From Stegostoma tigrinum (lineage: Eukaryota): a stretch of DNA of 64,000 nucleotides. The notes under the pieces were generated by a model, which was not told where the DNA came from, ran no database searches, and was given only the letters and a program-made list of their open reading frames with translations. Positions within the stretch are counted from its first letter, which is position 1. Every line of letters begins with the position of its first letter. Shown here in pieces: positions 11,076-23,269 of this stretch. The position numbers and the translations under genes are program-made. The stretch covers positions 6,510,001 through 6,574,000 of the forward strand of contig NC_081366.1 of assembly GCF_030684315.1 (NCBI RefSeq). The letters run 5' to 3'.

Positions 11076-13550
11076 CTCACTATTTACAATGTTTGTACAT
11101 TTTTCTGGAGGTGAGATGTGTGGGTTTTTTCCCTTCTCAATGTATTCACTCCTGACGTTACATTTCAAATGAGATGAAGTGCACACCTTTGAAAAGGCAG
11201 AGTCATGCTTAGTTGAACCTAAGGTTGAACATGTCTCGTAGCGGAAACTCTGAGACAGAGGGTCACCACCAAATACTTCCACATAATTTGGAGGTATCTG
11301 AATGTTTCTGCTGGCCCTTTGAATGCCATTCAATGAATGTCTTGATTCACAACAGCAGCAGGTGTCCAGGGCACAGCTGTAAACTCCGAGCCGAGTTCTG
11401 TTCCTGTGCACTTTCACAGCAAGGACGATTAAAATTATCAGAAAAGTGGACGAAATTAATGCTAAGGATATCACCAAGTAAAAACTCAAATCAGAAGGGA
11501 ACCCGGGATCTTCATTTAAACTTCCAGCATCAGAAAGCAGCTCTGATTCCTCATCGACCACCGATATACTGATCGTCATAGACGCTGAAAGTGGTGGAGT
11601 TCCGTTGTCTTTTACAATAATTGTTAAACTCTGCTTTATTGAATCTCTGCCCTCAATTCTACGGACTGTCCAGATTTCGCCAGTATCTGGTGAAATCGTG
11701 AAAAGTCCTGGGTCAGTAGCCTGAATAATCTGATAAGATAGGCGAGAGTTCTGACCAGAGTCTGCATCAGTGGCAGATACCTTGGTAACCAGGTATCCTG
11801 GTTCCGCCCAACGGGACATTGCCTCTGTTGCTGTTGGCCCATACTCAGGTAGTGGGTGCAGAATCACTGGAGCATTGTCGTTCTGGTCAAGGATAACAAC
11901 ATCTACTGACACATTGCTGCTGAGTGCTGGAACTCCAGAATCCTGTGCCTGAACATGGAACTGAAAGTTTTTAAGTTTCTCATAATCAAATGTTAACTGA
12001 GAAAGGATGACTCCATTATTTGAATCAATACGCACGTAGTTGGTCACTGGTTCGTCCTGAATCTGTTTTCTCGGAATAGAGTAAGATATCTGACCGTTCG
12101 CATTGACGTCCGGGTCGGACGCTTCCACAGAGAGGATTGACCCTCCGATAACATTGTTCTCCATCACATAGGCTGTGTACACGGGCTGTTTAAAACGTGG
12201 AGCATTGTCATTTACGTCAGTGACCTCCACCCGCAAAGTTTTCTTGGAAGACAGTGGGGTCGAGCTTGCATCACTACAGAGGACAGTGATGTCGTACTTG
12301 GAGGCGGTTTCCCTGTCCAGTTCCTCCCGCGTTAACAATTTGTAATAGTTCTTTAAAGGAGAATTCAATTTAAACGGAATGTTATCTGGGATTTGACAGC
12401 GGACATGTCCATTTTCTCCTGAGTCTTTGTCGGTGGTGCTGATCAGAGCCACCACAGTCCCGGGCACATCGCCTTCACTAACTGGACTGAACAAAGAAGT
12501 TACTAATACCTCTGGTGAGTTATCATTCACATCGGTAACATCGACATGTATGTGACAGTACACTGGAACCGCATAAGGACCCTTATCCATTGCCTGAACA
12601 TTGATCTCAAAAGCATTATTTTCTTCATAGTCCAAATTGCCTTTCACTTTGATCTCCCCTGTTTTGGAGTCCAGATCAAACAGCTCACGCACTGTCCCTG
12701 AGGTATGACTGGTAAAAGAATATTCTATATCGCTATTAGAACCATCATCCAAATCAGTTGCTTTCAGTATGATCACCATTGTTCCTTTGGGCACATTTTC
12801 ATTCAGGCTGACCCTGTAAACCGACTGGGAGAACACGGGAGAATTATCATTGGCGTCCAGCACCGTGATTATTATTTGAGCAGTGCTGGACCGCGGAGGG
12901 ATCCCTCCATCCTTGGCAATAAGCTCTAACCTGTGGGTTGATTCTTTCTCTCGATCCAGTGCCTTTTCAAGCACCAGCACCGGCAGCTTCTCGTCCCCAC
13001 TGCGGGTTTCAACGTCCAGACCGAAGTACTGACTCCCAAGCAATCGGTAGCTTTGTAGGGAATTGGTTCCAACGTCAGGGTCGTGCGCGCACTCAAGAGG
13101 GAAGCGCGCTCCCGGTACAGCCAGTTCAGACATTTCAAGGCGGATTTCGTTTTTTGGAAAATGGGGAACGTTATCGTTAATATCCAAAATCTCCACCTCA
13201 ATTCGATAGACATTCAGAGGATTTTCGATCACAGCCTCTATAGACAATACACATATGAGACTCGACCCACAGAGTTGCTCTCTGTCAACTGTCTCCTTCA
13301 CAAGTAAAATCCCATTGTCTAAATTTACGTCGAAAAACCTTTTGTTGGGGCCGGGCACAATTCGAAAATTTCGAGGCGACAGCTCTTTCACGTGTAAACC
13401 CAAATCCTCGGCAATGTTTCCAACAAAGGCACCCAGCTGTAACTCTTCAGGAATCGAGTAACGAATTTGCCCCGAAACCAGAATCCAAGAGGGGAATACA
13501 CAGTACAACAGTTGCAGTTTTACTAACCAGTGTATTCTATAATATCCCAT
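11076..13550 (-). CDS. Clustered protocadherin variable exon V2
   Basis: ATG at 13550 (MGYYRIHW...), six EC repeats, TM, CCCC, GIQRASRNIQIPPNYVEVFGGDPLSQSFRYETC. Phase-0 donor AGTGAG|GTGAGA at 11076. Confidence 0.95.
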
Positions 13551-13780
13551 TTCCAGCGACAAAACATTTCAGATGCTTCAGTGCAGCGCAGCTCCGTTCG
13601 CCAACTGGTCTCAATAAACTTCCCTATATATAATTTTGCGAGAGCTGTAATTTGCAAAGTACCAGTATTACTTATAGATCCTAGTCTCATTTGTGACGGC
13701 CGTTCCTATTCATTCGAAAATCATCCGTAGGTATACGTGCAAATCGCAAGACAGAAACCGACAGCTTGCTGTCCATTTTA

Positions 13781-13962
13781 CACTGTCGCCGATCTTAGGT
13801 TGATGGTGGATGGGGAGGGAAAAGGGATCTCCAGGCATGTTCTAGCTTCTGATTGGTGAACGTAGGTATGTCCATATCAACCAATCATTGTCTTAGGCGT
13901 CGCTTAAAGCTCGAATGTCTTTGCAAACCTTTTGCGTAAGAACAATATTTATGGTTGTACAA
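13781..13962 (-). promoter_or_regulatory. Pcdh V2 promoter
   Basis: GATGGTGGATGGGGAGGG, GGATCTCC, ATTGG 13852, CCAAT 13881, GCTTAAAGCT, TTTATGGTTGTACAA. Confidence 0.8.
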
Positions 13963-14729
13963 CCAAAAATATTCCCACTTCTTTCCTTCAATCTGTTAGC
14001 TCTAGACTTTTAACTATCAAAGAGTTTTTCAGCAATACAAACACATTTTCTAACAAAATTACAGCAAGGCTAATGATCCTAGTTATTATTTGCAGATAAA
14101 TGGTACAGCAGTTTCTTTTTATTAACTGTATGTCACGTATAGACGACACTGCGCAAAGCACAGATGTGGAGACTGTCTATTAGGCAGGTAAAAACAAAGC
14201 TGAGAAAACGACTTTTGACTTTCACCATCATAAGGCATTGATACACAAGAACATAAGAAAAAGAGGCATAAATAAGCTACATGGGCCATCCAACTTCTTC
14301 CTCCCACCCCCCGCTTCAGTAAGAACATGACCCAACATTTCATTAATTCGACTTTTCCATCATCTCCCCATAAACTATTGTTCATTTCAAGTGCTTAAAT
14401 CCACCTCATTTTTAAAATACATTTGATTGAACATCCACTGTTTTTATTTACTCTTTCATCGATGTGGGCGTCGCTGACAAGGCCGACGTTTGTTGCCCAT
14501 CTCGAATTGCCATTGAACTAAATGGACTCTTAGGCTATTTCAGAGGTCACTGAAGAGTCAATCACATTGCTCTGAGTTTGAAGTCACACATAGACCAGAC
14601 TTAAAAAGGTTGGGAAGTTTCCTTATCCAAAGTACATTAGCGAACCAGATAAGATATGTACACTAATTGATGATATTTTCAGTCACCTTTACTTTTATTC
14701 CAGATTTATGGATTGGATTTAAATTCCGA

Positions 14730-14889
14730 GTCTATAGGTGTGAGGCTTGAAAAGCACAGAGGGCCAGACAGCATCACAGGAGCAGGAAAGTCAACATTCC
14801 CCGCCGAAAACCTTCGTCAGAAGTTCTGATTTCCTGCTCCTGTGATGCTTCTGACCTGTTATGCTTTTTCAACCTTACACATATAGACC
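14730..14889. repeat. Imperfect fold-back element (Penelope-terminus-derived)
   Basis: GTCTATAGGTGTGAGG...GCATCACAGGAGCAGGAAA pairs with TTTCCTGCTCCTGTGATGC...CCTTACACATATAGAC. A degenerate CTGACGAAGG core is on the minus strand. Confidence 0.6.
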
Positions 14890-15378
14890 CTGAATTCAAA
14901 TTCAATCGGCTTCTGGAATACCAGGGGTATACCACAATACGGCCATCTCCTCTATTTCTCTACATTTCTCTCCACGTCAGCACTAAATAAGGATTCATCA
15001 CCTTGAGAATATGACCAGTCGTCTTGCCTGTTTAGGGAGGGAAAGAAGAATCTCAGCGTTTCAAAACTGCAGTTCTTTTTATGTTGAGAACAATGAATTC
15101 CTTTACTATTCATACGATGCGTCAAAGACTTACTAACAGTTTAATACAGCAGAGCAATTACAGCGATACATATAACAGAATAATTATGAGGGAAAATATT
15201 TGGCTTCGATTTAGGCGCAGATGTTGGGATGGCGAGGAATTTGAAAAGCTAAGAAGATTGAAAGCCCAGGGAAAATGTCTACCATCGCTTCATATCCACA
15301 TTAATATAGCTTTAGTTTAACGTGCGCAACTGCCAATAACGCATTACCTCCCACTCACCCAATAGCCGGGTGTCTCAC

Positions 15379-17823
15379 CTCACAATTAACAGTATTTCTA
15401 GAATTTGCAGAGTTCAACATTGGTGGGGGATCTTTGCCAGCAGGGCCGGTCTTTCCAGCATGTGAACTCCGCATACTGCGAAACATGAAGTCTCTCTTCA
15501 GCGTATCTGAAGACGAGCACGTCTCGTAGCGGAAGCTCTGAGAAAGTGGGTCGCCCCCAAACACTTCCACGTAGTTCGGAGGAATCTGAAGGCTCCGACT
15601 GGCTTTGTGAGTTCTTGTCTCAAAGCAACAACAGGTGCCCCGAGAAGAGCTTCGGTGGTCAACACCAGGTCTGTTTTTATAAACCATAACGGCGAGGATA
15701 ATTAAAATCACTAGAAAAATGACCGAAAGTAACCCCAAACCTATGACCAAGTAAAAGTTTGCATCCGAAGCAAAAACAGCTCCTTCTGGTAAAGTGTCCA
15801 TCTCGGATAAGATTCCTGTTCTACTTTGTTCCACAGATACAATGATGGTCATGGTCGCTGTAAGTGGCGGGACTCCACTGTCTTTTGCAACAATGACCAA
15901 CTTTTGCTTCCTGAGATCCTTGTCCAGGATGCTACGAACTGTCCATATTTCCCCCGAGTCCGCTGATATAGTAAAAAGTCCCGGGTCAGTAGACTGAAAA
16001 ATCTGGTAGTCAAGGCGAGCATTCTGGCCAGAGTCCGCATCGGTTGCGGCCACTTTTGCAACCAGGTATCCTGGTTCGGTCGATCTCGAAACTGTCTCTA
16101 TCGCCGTAGAGTCATACTCTGGTGATGGCTGTGTGAACACTGGCGCATTGTCATTTTGATCAAGGATAATAAATTGAACTGAGGCATTGCTGGCCAGTGG
16201 CGTAGCTCCAGAGTCCTGTGCCCGCACGTGAATCTGAAAGTTTTTAAGTTGTTCGTAGTCAAATGTTGTGTGAGAATATAACACACCAGTTTCTGAATGA
16301 ATCTGAACATAGTCGGATATTGGTAAATCCTGATCCTCAGTTTCCAGGATGGAGTAGGAGAGTCGAGAATTCTGGTTTAAGTCTGCATCGAAGGCTGTCA
16401 CAGTGAAAACAGAGGAGCCGACAACGTTGTTCTCCATCACATAGGCAGTGTATAAAGGTTGTGTAAAACGTGGAACGTTATCATTAACATCGGAAACTTC
16501 CACGCGGATAGATTTCTTGGCTGCGAGAGGAGGGAATCCTCTGTCGCTACACAAGATTGTAAGGTCATACTCTGACGTTTTTTCGCGATCGAGTGGCTTC
16601 TGAGTGACCAAGCTGTAGTAATTCTTCACAGACGAATCCAGTCTGAAAGGAGAGTCATTTGCAATTTGGCATTGAACCTGTCCATTATCTCCCGAGTCTT
16701 TGTCCTCCACACTAAACAAGGCTACCACCGTTCGAGGCAGGGAGTTCTCAATAACAGGACTGAACATAGAGGTCAAAGTTATCTCAGGTGAGTTATCATT
16801 GACATCAATAATGTTAACCAGGACATCACAGTACACAGGCGTCGCATAAGGCCCCTTGTCCATTGCTTGTACATTAATCTCAAAAACACGATTTTCCTCA
16901 TAGTTCAAGTTGCCTTTGACTCTAATCTCCCCACTTCTGGAATCCACGGTGAACAGTTCGCCAACTTTGGAAGAGGCGTGACTACTGAACGAGTATACAA
17001 TTTCTCCGTTAGGGCCATCGTCCAAGTCAGTTGCGTTTAGTTTGATGACGAGTGTGCCTTTAGATGCATTTTCCAGCATTCTCACCCTCTGTACTGATCG
17101 CGAAAACACAGGCGCGTTGTCGTTCGCATCTTGTACGATAATAATTACCTGGGCAGTTCCAGATTTTTCAGGGATTCCCCCGTCCTTGGCAATTAGTACG
17201 AGTTTGTGTGTCTTTTGTTTTTCCCTGTCCAGCGGCTTTTGCAATACTAACACTGGCAATTTGCCATCTCCACTGCGCGACTGGATGTCTATTGTGAAAT
17301 ACTCGTTACTGACTAACAAGTAGGTCTGTAAAGCGTTAGTTCCAACATCTGGGTCCTGCGCCGATTCTAGGACAAAACGCGCTCCTTCTACGGCCACCTC
17401 TGAGATTTCCAATCGGAATTGACTTTTTGGGAAACTGGGAGCGTTGTCATTTACATCCAGAATATCCACTTGGAAATGATACACGTTTAAAGGATTTTCA
17501 ATCACGGCTTCTAAGGACAAGGTGCATATCAGATTCGGTCCACAGAGCTGTTCTCTGTCAATTTTTTCTTTCACAAGTAATATCCCATTGTCCACATTTA
17601 CGTCCAGATACTGCTTCCTGGGCCCAGACACGGTCCGAAAATTGCGAGCTCTGAGCTCGTTCACATCCAAACCCAAATCATCTGCGATATTCCCAACAAA
17701 GGCGCCCAGTTGCAGCTCTTCGGGAATTGAATAGCGAATCTGTCCCGAAACAAGCACCCAGTAGGGTAAGATAAAGAACAAAAGTGACCATTTCAACAGC
17801 CAGTGTATTTCAGAAAATCCCAT
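15379..17823 (-). CDS. Clustered protocadherin variable exon V3
   Basis: ATG at 17823 (MGFSEIHW...), six EC repeats, TM and the conserved cytoplasmic motif. Phase-0 donor TGTGAG|GTGAGA at 15379. Confidence 0.95.
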
Positions 17824-18060
17824 TTCCTGCACAATGCATTACAAATGCTTCAGCGCGTCTCGCCATTCAGTGAATCCTTGGAATAAGATTCCGTGCAAGC
17901 GATTTTCACCGATAAAGAGGGATAATATTACATTAAAATACCTGTATTTTTCACATATCACTGAAAAGTCGATCTGATCTTCGTATTTCTTTATAAAATT
18001 GCCAACATAAACGAATATTACACCCGGTGTAGCGCTACTCAGCTCTCTATACGGGTTTTA

Positions 18061-18238
18061 CACTGTATCTGATCTACGTAATGGTGGATGGGGAGGGAAC
18101 GGGGCAGTCAAGATCTCCAGACACATTACAGCTTTTTATTGGTGAATGGGAATTCAACCAATGACCATGCAGAACATTTCTTAAAGCTGGAATGTCCCTG
18201 TAAATATCTCAGTGGTATTGACATTTAGCATTGTGCAA
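18061..18238 (-). promoter_or_regulatory. Pcdh V3 promoter
   Basis: AATGGTGGATGGGGAGGG, AGATCTCC, ATTGG 18138, CCAAT 18158, TTCTTAAAGCT, TTGTGCAA. Confidence 0.8.
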
Positions 18239-19112
18239 TCTAAATTTCTCCTTTATTTCCTATACCATTTTGGTGGCTCCTCTCCCATCTTTTCCAAACT
18301 TTGGTGAATGATCAAAAAATGGCTTCTTTGAAACTATTTTAAAACCTGAAATTATTTTATCTCTTCCCTAATAAGGTGTTATGCCACTTGAGTGATAACT
18401 CAGATTCCCCTGCCTTTCGATACACATTCCTCACTTTTTTCACATGTGACATTTAATTTCCTACGATCCCATCCAGTTACTTCATTTAGAAAGGCACGAA
18501 GTGCTGCAGAAACTCAGCAGGCCTGGCAACGTCTGTGGACAGAACGTTTAGTGTCTAATGACCCTTCAGAACACTTCGTCAATTATTTCATTTGACCGTC
18601 TGCTGATCAGAATATCTCCCCCAGTGAAGTATGAGATGTTTTAATTCTGCTCAAAAATGTAAACCCTGGGCTATAACACATTGCAACAATACGTATAACT
18701 ACCATCAGAGCGCTGATACTTAATTTATTTTGTCCTTATGGACGAGTTTGGAATTCCAGAGCAAGCTACCATTTCCTTCCATTCTAAACTATAGATTATG
18801 TAGGTTGCAGGTGGCGCTTCTGGCATGTCAATTTTGGTTTATACACACATGCTTAATGGTAATTTTCTCTAACCAACACACTTAGCGCTATGGTAAGCCA
18901 TGTGAACGCACCTAAGGGCAACTTATTGAATAGCACAGGAGCTGGTCCACAATTAGCGACTGGGCCTTCAGATAACAAAGCCGAATGAAAGGATTTTCTC
19001 TTGGGCATTTCCTAACCCAGATCTTCATGATCAGCATTGTTCCCGAGGACAATTGTAACTCCAAATCAAACCCATGAGGTGTTTTCTTTTCGTTTTTGAA
19101 TAAGAACCTCAC

Positions 19113-21557
19113 CTCAGAATTCACAGTGCTTCTGCACTGTGCATGGGTTGGTGTTCTTGGGGTGTCTCCATTTCCCCAATCACCATTCTGGGTGTTGTTC
19201 TTCCTGGCAGACATAGTGCCTCTGTGGGAAGACAAGAAACCTCCCTTTGTGGAATATGAAGATGAGCAAGTATCATAACGGAAACTCTGAGAAAGTGGAT
19301 CACCCCCAAACACTTCAACATAGCTCGCTGGTATCTGGAGACATTTTCTGTCTTTTCGAAGCCCATTTCGGGAGTCCCTTGCAGTCAAACAGCCACAGGT
19401 GTCTACCGAAGAGCTGTTGTACACCTTAATCGCGAGGGTAATCAAAATCACTAGGAAAATGGAGGAGGTGAGGCCGAAAGTTATCACCAGGTAAAAACTC
19501 GAATCGGAAACGAACTCAGCGTTGTCGCTGGTCACATCAGAGAGCATTTGTACATCCGTTCCCGTCACAGACAGCACGAACGTTACTGTAGCTGTCAGCG
19601 GAGGTATTCCGTTGTCGTTAACACCGATTATCAACCTCTGCTTTGAAGCGTCCTTATTCACGATGCTGCGTATTGTCCAGATCTCTCCCGTATCTGGTGA
19701 AATGGTAAAAAGGCTAGCGTCAGAAGAATGGAGAATCTGATAAGTGAGGCGTGCGTTCTGACCGGTGTCAGAGTCTGTAGCAGAAACTTTGACGACCAGG
19801 TAGCCTGGCTCTGCGAACCGGGACACCGTCTCCAACACCGTGGAACCGAACTCGGGCAAGGGATGTACGATAACCGGGGCGTTGTCATTCTGGTCCAGGA
19901 TAATTATGTGGACGGAAGTGTTGCCAGAAAGAGGCAGTTCTCCAGAGTCATGTGCCAGAACCTGGATTTGAAAACTTTTCAGACGCTCGTAGTCAAAAGT
20001 TCGCTGAGCGTATATGACGCCACTGTCCGAGTTAATAGAGACATAAGTAGATGCTGGCATGCTGTGAATTAGTGTTTCCGAGATATGGTAGGTTAGGCGG
20101 GCATTCTGATTTAAATCGGGATCAAAAGCAGTGACCGAGAATATGGACTCACCAATAGCGCTGTTCTCCATCACGTGAGCAGTATATAAAGGCTGCCTGA
20201 ACTGCGGTGGGTTGTCATTTACATCTGAAACCTCCAGCAGGATGGTTTTGTTGACTGTGAGTGGAGGGTTTCCGGCATCACTGCACACAATAGTTACATT
20301 GTATTTCGAGAAATACTCCCGATCCAGTGTCTCTCCAGTAACCAATCTATAATAACCACTCAAGGAGGAGTCAAGCTTAAATGGAAGCTTATTTGAGATT
20401 TGACATTGCACGTGCCCGTTTTCACCCGAGTCTTTGTCTGTTGAACTGATCAGAGCCACCACAGTTCCCGGAAGGGAGTCTTCACTGACAGGACTGAACA
20501 GAGAGGTTAGGGTCACTTCAGGAGCGTTGTCGTTGACATCAACGATGTTAACTACAACGTGACAGTAAACAGGAGTCGCATTAGGTCCTTTGTCCTTTGC
20601 TTGTACATTAATCTCAAAAACGCTGTTGTCTTTGTGGTTCAAACGTTTCTTAATTTTGATTTCACCAGTTTTTGGATCCAAAGCAAAATGCTCCCGAACT
20701 CTATTGGAAGTGTGACTGCTAAATGAATACACGATCTGCCCGTTGAGACCAACATCCAAATCAGAGGCATCTAGTTTGATCACCAAAGTTCCTATAGGCA
20801 CATTCTCCAGCAAACTGACCCTATAAACCGACTGTGAGAAAACAGGTGCATTGTCATTGGCATCTTCCACTGCGATTATTATTTCAGCTGTGCCAGATCT
20901 CTCAGGGATGCCTCCGTCTTTAGCAGTTAACACTAACCTGTGCGTATTCTCCTGTTCTCTGTCCAAGGCTCTTTCCAAGACTAAAACGGGTAGCTTGCCG
21001 TCCCGACCTCGCGTTTCCAGCTCCAGGTTGAAATAGTGGTTGGCTGACAACTGGTAACTTTGTACAGAGTTGGCACCAACGTCCGGGTCCAACGCGCACT
21101 CCAGAGCAAATCGCGTTCCCAGGGCAGCCATCTCTGAGATTTCCAGGCGGAACTGACTCTCTGGGAAACGCGGAGCGTTGTCGTTTGCATCCAGAATTTC
21201 CACTTGAAAGTGATACACGTTCAGGGGCTTTTCAATCACAGCTTCCAAGGACAGCGTGCAAGTGAGGGCTGGTCCACACAGCTGCTCTCTGTCTATTTTT
21301 TCTTTGATAAGCAAATTTCCATTGTCTAAATTCACGTCCAGATACTGCTTACTGGGACTGTCCACAATGTGAAAGCCGCGAGCTGATAACTCATTTTTAT
21401 CCAAAACCAAATCGTCGGCGATATTTCCAACAAAAGCACCCAAATTCTGTTCCTCAGGAATCGAATAACGCATCTGTCCGGAAGCCAGTTCCCAAGAAAA
21501 GACGATACAATATAAAAATAGCCATTTCAATAGCCGATATGTTTTCCAATACTCCAT
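19113..21557 (-). CDS. Clustered protocadherin variable exon V4
   Basis: ATG at 21557 (MEYWKTY...), QMRYSIPEE, six EC repeats, TM, YVEVFGGDPLSQSFRYDTC. Phase-0 donor TCTGAG|GTGAGG at 19113. Confidence 0.95.
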
Positions 21558-21816
21558 TTCCAGCACAAAACATTTCAAGTGATACAAGCGCAGAGTGAAA
21601 ACAAAACAAAAAATAATCCTGGCAAAAGAATCAATTATATTTCCATTCTGGCGAAACAGCTAGCTTGCCTGAATAACACAGTTTTAAAATTAAAAGAAAT
21701 CTATGATATTATTGCGAACAAACCTTCTCATTTTGTCTAAAATCACCAGTGGCTGAAAAGTAGAAGACCTAATGTAACGAGACGCAGCTCGACCCAAGCT
21801 CTATCTGGTTGGACAC

Positions 21817-21981
21817 AATGGCGGAGGGGAGGGTAAGGCAGTAAGGATCTCCGGTAACATTGTAGCCATTCATTGGAGGAAAGGGCTGCCTTACATTCAA
21901 CCAATCACGACACTGAACGTTTCTTAAAGTTGGAATGCATTTCTAAGACATTGCTCAATAGTTAGATTTATTGTTGTGCAA
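21817..21981 (-). promoter_or_regulatory. Pcdh V4 promoter
   Basis: AATGGCGGAGGGGAGGG, GGATCTCC, ATTGG 21872, CCAAT 21901, TTCTTAAAGTT, TTTATTGTTGTGCAA. Confidence 0.8.
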
Positions 21982-22589
21982 TATAAAATCATCTAACCAT
22001 TTCCTTCACTATTTTTGTGCAGTTTTCACTCATTTGAATTATTAATTATATTCTAAATAGATCTGAAATATAATTGTCTTCATAAGATAACCTGAAAGTT
22101 TCTGCCACCATAAAGTTCACTTGGCCAGATTATTTTCTCCATTAAATATGCCCAATTGAATTGGACTTAAGATTGCTAAAATATGATTGGCAGGAAATCA
22201 TTTCTCCCATCTTCTCATTGAATGGGACAGCAGACTCAGTGGGCTGAATGGCCTGCTTCTGCTCCTCTGTTTTACGTTCTTAGATAGGACATGTGAAGTT
22301 CAATCAACTTTCTTGAAAAGAATGTCACAAAATTCCATAACTTGCTGCAATATTGTTTTTGAAATATGTTTGCAACAGTCATGACTTAATGGCCCAGATA
22401 TGGTAAGGAGCTGGTTTCCCCCTCATCGACAGCATCTGAAACTGCCATCGCTATTGTACTGTACACTCCTGACCCACATTACAACATTCATGGGCTAAAA
22501 CAAGATTGGGTGCTTCACTGACAGCCTTTGTGTCTTAACTGAGGAATTAATAATCAATGATATGTTGCTAAACCTTTGTGCTGAAGGAA

Positions 22590-22980
22590 TTAGTGGGGGA
22601 CCTATACACATTGATCTTAAAAGAATGAGCAGTGATCTTATTGAAATGGAATGAAATATTCTGAGGAGGCTTGACAAAGTGGATGCTCAGGGGTGCACTT
22701 TAAAGATAAGGCGCCTCCTGCTTTAGATCAAGATGATGGAGAATGTTTTCTTGAGGATCAATAAATAGTCTCTGAAGTTCTCTTCAACAGAGAGTAGTGG
22801 AGGTGATTACACATATTGAAGATTGTGTAAGACAGACGTTTAATGACAGGAGAGGTCAGAATGATGAGGTGCTGACAGGAAGCTTGAGTTAAGGTTGCAT
22901 GCTTTTTGTTGTAATCATATTAAATGATAGGACAGGTTCTGTGTATCAAATAACTTACATTTGCTCCTTTCTGTTTCATG
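22590..22980 (+). mobile_element. Degenerate CR1 LINE 3' fragment
   Basis: AAGAATGAGCAGTGATCTTATTGAAA...GAGGCTTGACAAAGTGGATGCT...AGAGTAGTGGAGG resembles the end of CR1 ORF2 and its 3'UTR. Confidence 0.55.
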
Positions 22981-23269
22981 ATCTTTGGAACAGCTTTAAT
23001 AATGAAGAGCCCAACCCGTCTTCTGGCCCATTGTGTGTCATTTTGAGGTGGAAGATGGTGTTTGGAGGGGGCAAATTACAATAATAGTGACAGCTACAGT
23101 GGGAATTTACAGATCAACAAGTAAAAAAAGAACATTGTACCATGGCATCTGGATCGGCCTGTAAATAGATACAAGAAATTGTGTGAAATAGTAAAACATG
23201 TGTTGTAAATTCCCGAACCCAATCTGGTTGGCATAGTCGATTAATATCCTTTCCATCCAGGCGCCTCAC

